Origin: Octopus vulgaris
Lineage: Eukaryota
NCBI GenBank assembly: GCA_951406725.2
Contig: OX597826.1
Location: forward strand, 38,006,001 to 38,070,000
Reading direction: 5' to 3'
DNA length: 64,000 nt
The translations under genes and the position numbers were made by a program. This document shows positions 58,604 to 64,000 of the stretch, piece by piece. The number at the start of each line of letters is the position of its first letter. Within the stretch, counting starts at the first letter, position 1. The notes under the pieces are model-generated. The model searched no databases. It saw only the letters and a program-made list of their open reading frames with translations, and was not told where the DNA came from.

Positions 58604-58683
58604 CTTAGGTTCGTGCAGGTTTGTGAGCAGGTGACACTTTGTGTGTAATCACATGCATATTAATATAAAGATTTATATCTATG

Positions 58684-58741
<58 letters not shown>

Positions 58742-59957
58742 CATATATACATATATATGCATATTCACATATATATATATGCATATATATACAGTCACGT
58801 ATTCACGTATTTACACATATGCATTTATATTCGTTATACTGTGTGTGTATGTGTGTGTGTGTGTGTGTGCACCCGTCACTCATACACACTAACACATATG
58901 CATATCCTACGCTATTACCTGTTGGGGCCCATCTTTGCTTCTGTTTCTTGACTTTTAATTTCCTTTCGCTTTTTCTCTTCAAGAATTTTTCATTTTCTTC
59001 ATCTTTGCCTTTTAATATTAACTTTAGAAATTAAAAATATTTTAGATTTTCCACGTCGTATTTACATTATCTTTTTTATTTTTATTTATTTCCTTTTTTT
59101 GTTGTTCTTTTTATCATACCTTTATTTTTATTATATGTTTATATGTTTATAACACATTTTCTTTATTCCTTCCCCCCACCCCACACTTCATATTTGGCCA
59201 TCTCCCATTATTCTCAAACATGAAATGCTGTTCATAGTATTTTTATGACATTTTGTAATGATCAGCTTGTCTAATCCAATTTCTAGCAGAAAGAATGCGA
59301 TTATTATTAAAATTATATCTACCCGTTACTGTAGTAACCGTGCGGTTTTGTTGGCATAGTAAACTGCCATTTTGGGTTATTATTGTACGTTTCGAAGTCC
59401 AATAGCCATGATACCCACCACCTTTCATTAAGTACTTTCATAACCAACACTGAATCAGCGTTTATTAGAATCCTTCTGTTATAGTTTCAAGTCTAGCTAC
59501 AGGAAATTCGTTTCAGCCTGAATGGAGCTAAGACCAATAAAATAGATACCAGTAATATACTGCCATTGCTTCTACCAGCGACTGGGGTTTTCCTACAAAA
59601 TCGAGTTTTATCACAAGTCAATAAAAAAATGATTTTTTTTTCGGGTAATGAAATTTTTGTTGCTATTGTTATTGTTTTGTTCCTTAATCCTAGGCTAAAA
59701 TGGACCGGCAATGAAAATATTCCAACCATGACCATTTGGTCATCTTTACATATATAGTGTATCAAAGACTCATTATCCAAGGTACTTTCTAGTTTCTAAG
59801 ATGGTTGATGTGATTTCAACTTTACTACTATTTCTAGCAATGCAAATGACCACATAGAGGCGTCTTTATTGTCTTACAGCTATAGACGGTTGTACTTACT
59901 TAGTCAACTTCTCTGTGACTTTCACGGATGTGTTTCTTTGAGAAATTATTGTAACGT

Positions 59958-60350
59958 AGGCGCTGGAGTGGCTGTGTGGTAAGTAGCTTGCTAACCAACC
60001 ACATGGTCCCGGGTTCAGTCCCACTGCGTGGCATCTTGGGCAAGTGTCTTCTGCTATAGTCCCGGGCCGACCAATGCCTTGTGAGTGGATTTGGTAGACG
60101 GAAACTGAAAGAAGCCTGTCGTATATATGTATATATATATATGTGTGTATGTGTGTGTGTTTGTCCCCCTAGCATTGCTTGACAACTGATACTGGTGTGT
60201 TTACGTCCCCGTCACTTAGCGGTTCGGCAAAAGAGACCGATAGAATAAGTACTGGGCTTACAAAGAATAAGTCCCGGGGTCGATTTGCTCGACTAAAGGC
60301 GGTGCTCCAGCATGGCCGCAGTCAAATGACTGAAACAAGTAAAAGAGTAA
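59958..60350 (+). mobile_element. Full-length SINE family B (tRNA head, CORE-like domain)
   Basis: TGGCTGTGTGG A box, GGGTTCAGTCCC B box, CTTGGGCAAGTGTCTT, tail GGCGGTGCTCCAGCATGGCCGCAGTC. Confidence 0.9.
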
Positions 60351-60361
60351 GTATACATATC

Positions 60362-60565
60362 CCGCTCAACGATGTCAGGTTTGCTGCCCTTTATCTTTCT
60401 GTCAGTGCTGACGGGCATCTCCCAGAGGATAGTAACATTGTTACTGTCAGTGGCCATGTATGGCTAATGTTCAGACCACTTTTCAGCTGTCTTGACTTAA
60501 CAATTTTCCAGTGTAAATACGCTGCTGACTTGCTTTACCTGTAGATGTATTCCATGTTTGCTAGC
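60362..60565 (-). mobile_element. Decayed R4/Dong restriction-like endonuclease fragment
   Basis: Minus reads AAYLHWKI / KTAEKWSEH*P...NVTILWEMPVSTDRKIKGSKPDIV, like IHW..C..KWYEH.P...ILWD..I.TDR.I.ANRPDIV. Confidence 0.78.
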
Positions 60566-62904
60566 TTTAAGCATTCAGAGACAAAGTTATCATCTTTCAA
60601 CTTTCACAGTAGATGACGCCCTCCTCCATTCATTACACGTATTATAAGGAATTGTAATTTCATGGTCGTAGTGGGATAACTCCAGCCGTCAGTGAGAATT
60701 GAACTCTGGGTGTAAAGATGCATACCACATACTGTAAGACAGTTTGATGTTCTAACAACTCCATAAATCAACCACCCAAGAATTGTACTTTATTTATCGA
60801 TCCCAAATGGATGAAAGGTAAAACTGACTTCGGCAGAAGTTGAACACGGAACACAAAGTCAGAACAAAGACGAAATTCTGCCTAAAACTTCATAAGCTCT
60901 AACAACTCATCTGTATTTTTGTTCAAATATTTTTAAATTCTTCAAAAGCTCGTAAAAATTTCAGTTTATATTTTTATTTCTTACTTTTATATTTATAATT
61001 ACATTTTCACAATTAATATAATTACAATTTTCAGTGTATTTAATAAAGTTTTCTTTTATCTCCTCTTTATTATATTACATTTCATTCAACAGAGTCTTCG
61101 AATATAAAACGGTAACCCTCACCTGATCTATAACATAAACAGTCTCGTCGTGGAATTAATTCTGTGAATTATCCACCATATTCTTGTCCACAGCACCGCT
61201 ATACTTACTGATAGGGGTCTAATCTTGGATTTAATAATTCCTGCCAGAGTTTGTTTCAATCTGCAGTTGCGATGCGGTGTGGGCGGCGTGGAGGAGACAG
61301 ATCATGGTTACATAGGAAATTCTTCCTGTGGGTTAATACAAGGTGAGGCTGACTGTTAGATAAATCATATTATTTATGTTGTTGTTGATTATTAACCGTA
61401 GGTCAATCCTGAGTACACATATTATCGACGGCGTTCTAACTGTGACCACCTCGTTATATTCACAGTTGAGGTATATTGACGAATATCCTTTCTTAAAAAA
61501 CAGTAAGTTGTGGTTTAGATTCGAGAGAGAATTTCTCGTGTTTATGAACAAGTTCGGGCTAAAAATATCAACCAAGTAGAAGTGCCTTCATTGATTTCCT
61601 ATTACACATTACTCAATGTGTCTTTCCTTTACGAAGGTATCATGGCTACTATGTCTGGTAGTCATAATGACCACATGAAGGCTCCGTTGAAAGTCTTCAG
61701 CAGTAGACATATATTCGTATATCATTCACTTCACTCTCGTCATCATCTCACAGGATGGTGGATAAAGTGGAGAGAAGTGGGGATGTGAAATAGCAAGTTA
61801 GATGGATAGTACAGGGAATAGAAGTAGGTGAGTGGGAAGGAGAGAATCAGACAGAGATTGAGAGAAAGGCAAGGAGAGAGATAGGGAGGAAGAAAGAGAG
61901 AAAGAGACAGAGAGACAGACTGACTGGAGGACAAATAGAAAGCAGACAGACAGGCAGACAGACAGATCGGCATACAGAATGGGAGAAAGACAAGAAGAGA
62001 GATAGGGAAGAAGAAAGAGAGACTGACTGACAGAAAGTAGATAGACTAACAGACAGACAGACGGACAGACAAACAGAAAGTAGGCAGAAAGTCTGAGAGA
62101 GAGCAAGAGACGCAGCAGAGAACATAATGTAAAATACAAGTGTGCAACTGCAGCCATGTGCACATACAACTGCTGCGCATTTAAATTATGTGAGAAGCTA
62201 CAGTTATTTACACATGCAATTTTCTATTTAAACTGAATGCATCAGTTCAGTTGCGACCTTTTGCGCATACAGTTGTTTATTTAAATGCAATACAAGGGTA
62301 CATCTGAATTTACATACAGATCTGCAGATATAAATGTAATACAAGACTTCATCTGCAGCCATTTTACTCATAGCTGCAAGCTGAATGTAACACAAGTGTA
62401 CAGCTACAACCATTTATAGAAAACTGCACATTTCCATGGAATACATACCTGCAACTATCTACATATGCAGCTGCAGATTTTAGCCACTTTTCATGACAGG
62501 TAAGTGCATCGCAGGTTACATTTCCTAATGTGGACGCAATCTGAGGCAGATTTTGCTGTCATTTACGGCAACCCATCCAACTACATAAATACATCCATGT
62601 GGACTTGCTACTATTTTATGGGCCTCTCCCTTATTCAGAAAAGAAGTAACAATTTTTCCCTTTACTGATAAGGGACTTCGTCCAAAACCTCACAAACTAT
62701 ACATTAAATGATTTTACATTTATAGAGATAAATACCATTTTTCCAAACGCACATTACAACAAGTGTCTTTGGATGTTTTTATTGTATTTTTCTGATTTAT
62801 TTAAATTTGTTTTCACCAACAGACATCTGTACCCTGCATCCTTACTGGTATTTGTTGTAGCACGGCATCAGTGAAGCGACATAATTTTAACAATGCAATG
62901 TACA

Positions 62905-63070
62905 TAATGCATCATTTATAATACAGCATTAATAATGCATTATTCATAAAGCATTATTCATAATGCACCATTCATAATACATTATTCGTAATGCATTATT
63001 CATAATGCACCATTCATAATGCATTATTCATATTGTATTATTCATAATCCATTATTCTTAATGCACCATC
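62905..63070. repeat. 14-bp minisatellite TAATGCATTATTCA, about 12 copies
   Basis: Direct reading. Confidence 0.9.
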
Positions 63071-63673
63071 CTTTTGTACAGCGATGCCACAGTGATGGTG
63101 AATACATAGAATCTATGATGATCAAAGTAGAATCTAGTCACTTGGATCTGCCATGTGAAGATTAAAAGACAGTTTGAGGCTCGACTTCAAAATCAAACAT
63201 CAGTCTATGTGTGCAAGAGCGATAATTACAGGTATCGGCGAATTATGTGATGTGAGGAGCCATATTGGATAAGATTCTATGAGTTGATGATGGAGAGTGT
63301 TCAAAAGTGAAATGAAGAAAAATTTGTGATGAAGTAGCTGAATTAGACAGACGTAGATGAGACAACACAGATGAGACGATGAAGACTCAAAGACACACAG
63401 AATCATGCTGCATTGAATAACGGTATAATAGAAATTGGAAGTGAAAATAATATGAAGAAGAATAGGAAAAAGAGAGAGAAGTATAGGAGAGCTATCGTCA
63501 GTTTCTCAATGTAGACAGAGCACATAAATCATTTTAGTTTCCATTAAAGACTAATAGTGGCTTGATTTTAATCAAGCAATCTGTAGAAACGCATCGATAT
63601 GAAAGCAAACCTCTATCTCTTACTCTCTCTCTCTACATACATTCGCATATACATCTTTATCTCTGTGTGTGTG

Positions 63674-63712
<39 letters not shown>

Positions 63713-63941
63713 GTTTACCTGCCTATCAATCTCTATTATCTTCCGTAGTCTCCATTTCTACAAGTGCTAAAAAAAGACAGATTCACTGAAAGAAACTGAA
63801 ATGAATTAAAAATAAAGTTTTAGAAAACAATCAACAGAAGATAAATACGCAGCTTTACTTATATTACTCTCGTAAGCCCACATATACACACACACACACA
63901 CACATATGTACATGTATATATATGTGTGTGTGTGGGGGGTG

Positions 63942-63974
<33 letters not shown>

Positions 63975-64000
63975 ATATTTCAATTCATCCTATTCTGTAA

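Noticed and set aside
52789-60565. Two R4/Dong fragments as one broken element
   Set aside because: On the minus strand the C-terminal endonuclease piece lies upstream of the post-RT piece, which is the wrong order.

Overview
AT-rich, microsatellite-saturated animal genomic DNA. The SINE families and repeat landscape suggest an octopus-type cephalopod (inference, no database check). I found no host protein-coding exon or RNA gene I can support, and almost every listed ORF is a microsatellite artefact, so the window looks intronic or intergenic. It is a mosaic of tRNA-derived SINEs, decayed LINE fragments (RTE, HERO, CR1-like, R4/Dong), a mariner remnant, a piggyBac-like non-autonomous element, two Helitrons and Penelope-like element (PLE) ends. 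The main signal is about 15 hammerhead-ribozyme (HHR) or HHR-like motifs from several unrelated families. Most sit in short non-coding inserts inside (TA)n arrays, and they repeatedly form head-to-head inversions. Best candidates: (i) a young, ORF-free 506-bp tandem plus inverted array with three core-intact type I HHRs at 10336-11906 (retrozyme/circRNA candidate); (ii) an old 1.9-kb inverted duplication at 7661-9547 in which an HHR-like block and a 46-bp block stay near-identical while the rest has diverged; (iii) recurrent U3-A8 compensatory HHR cores; (iv) a tRNA-like module just behind a PLE endonuclease ORF. All folds and identities were read by eye, and coordinates may be off by a few bases.
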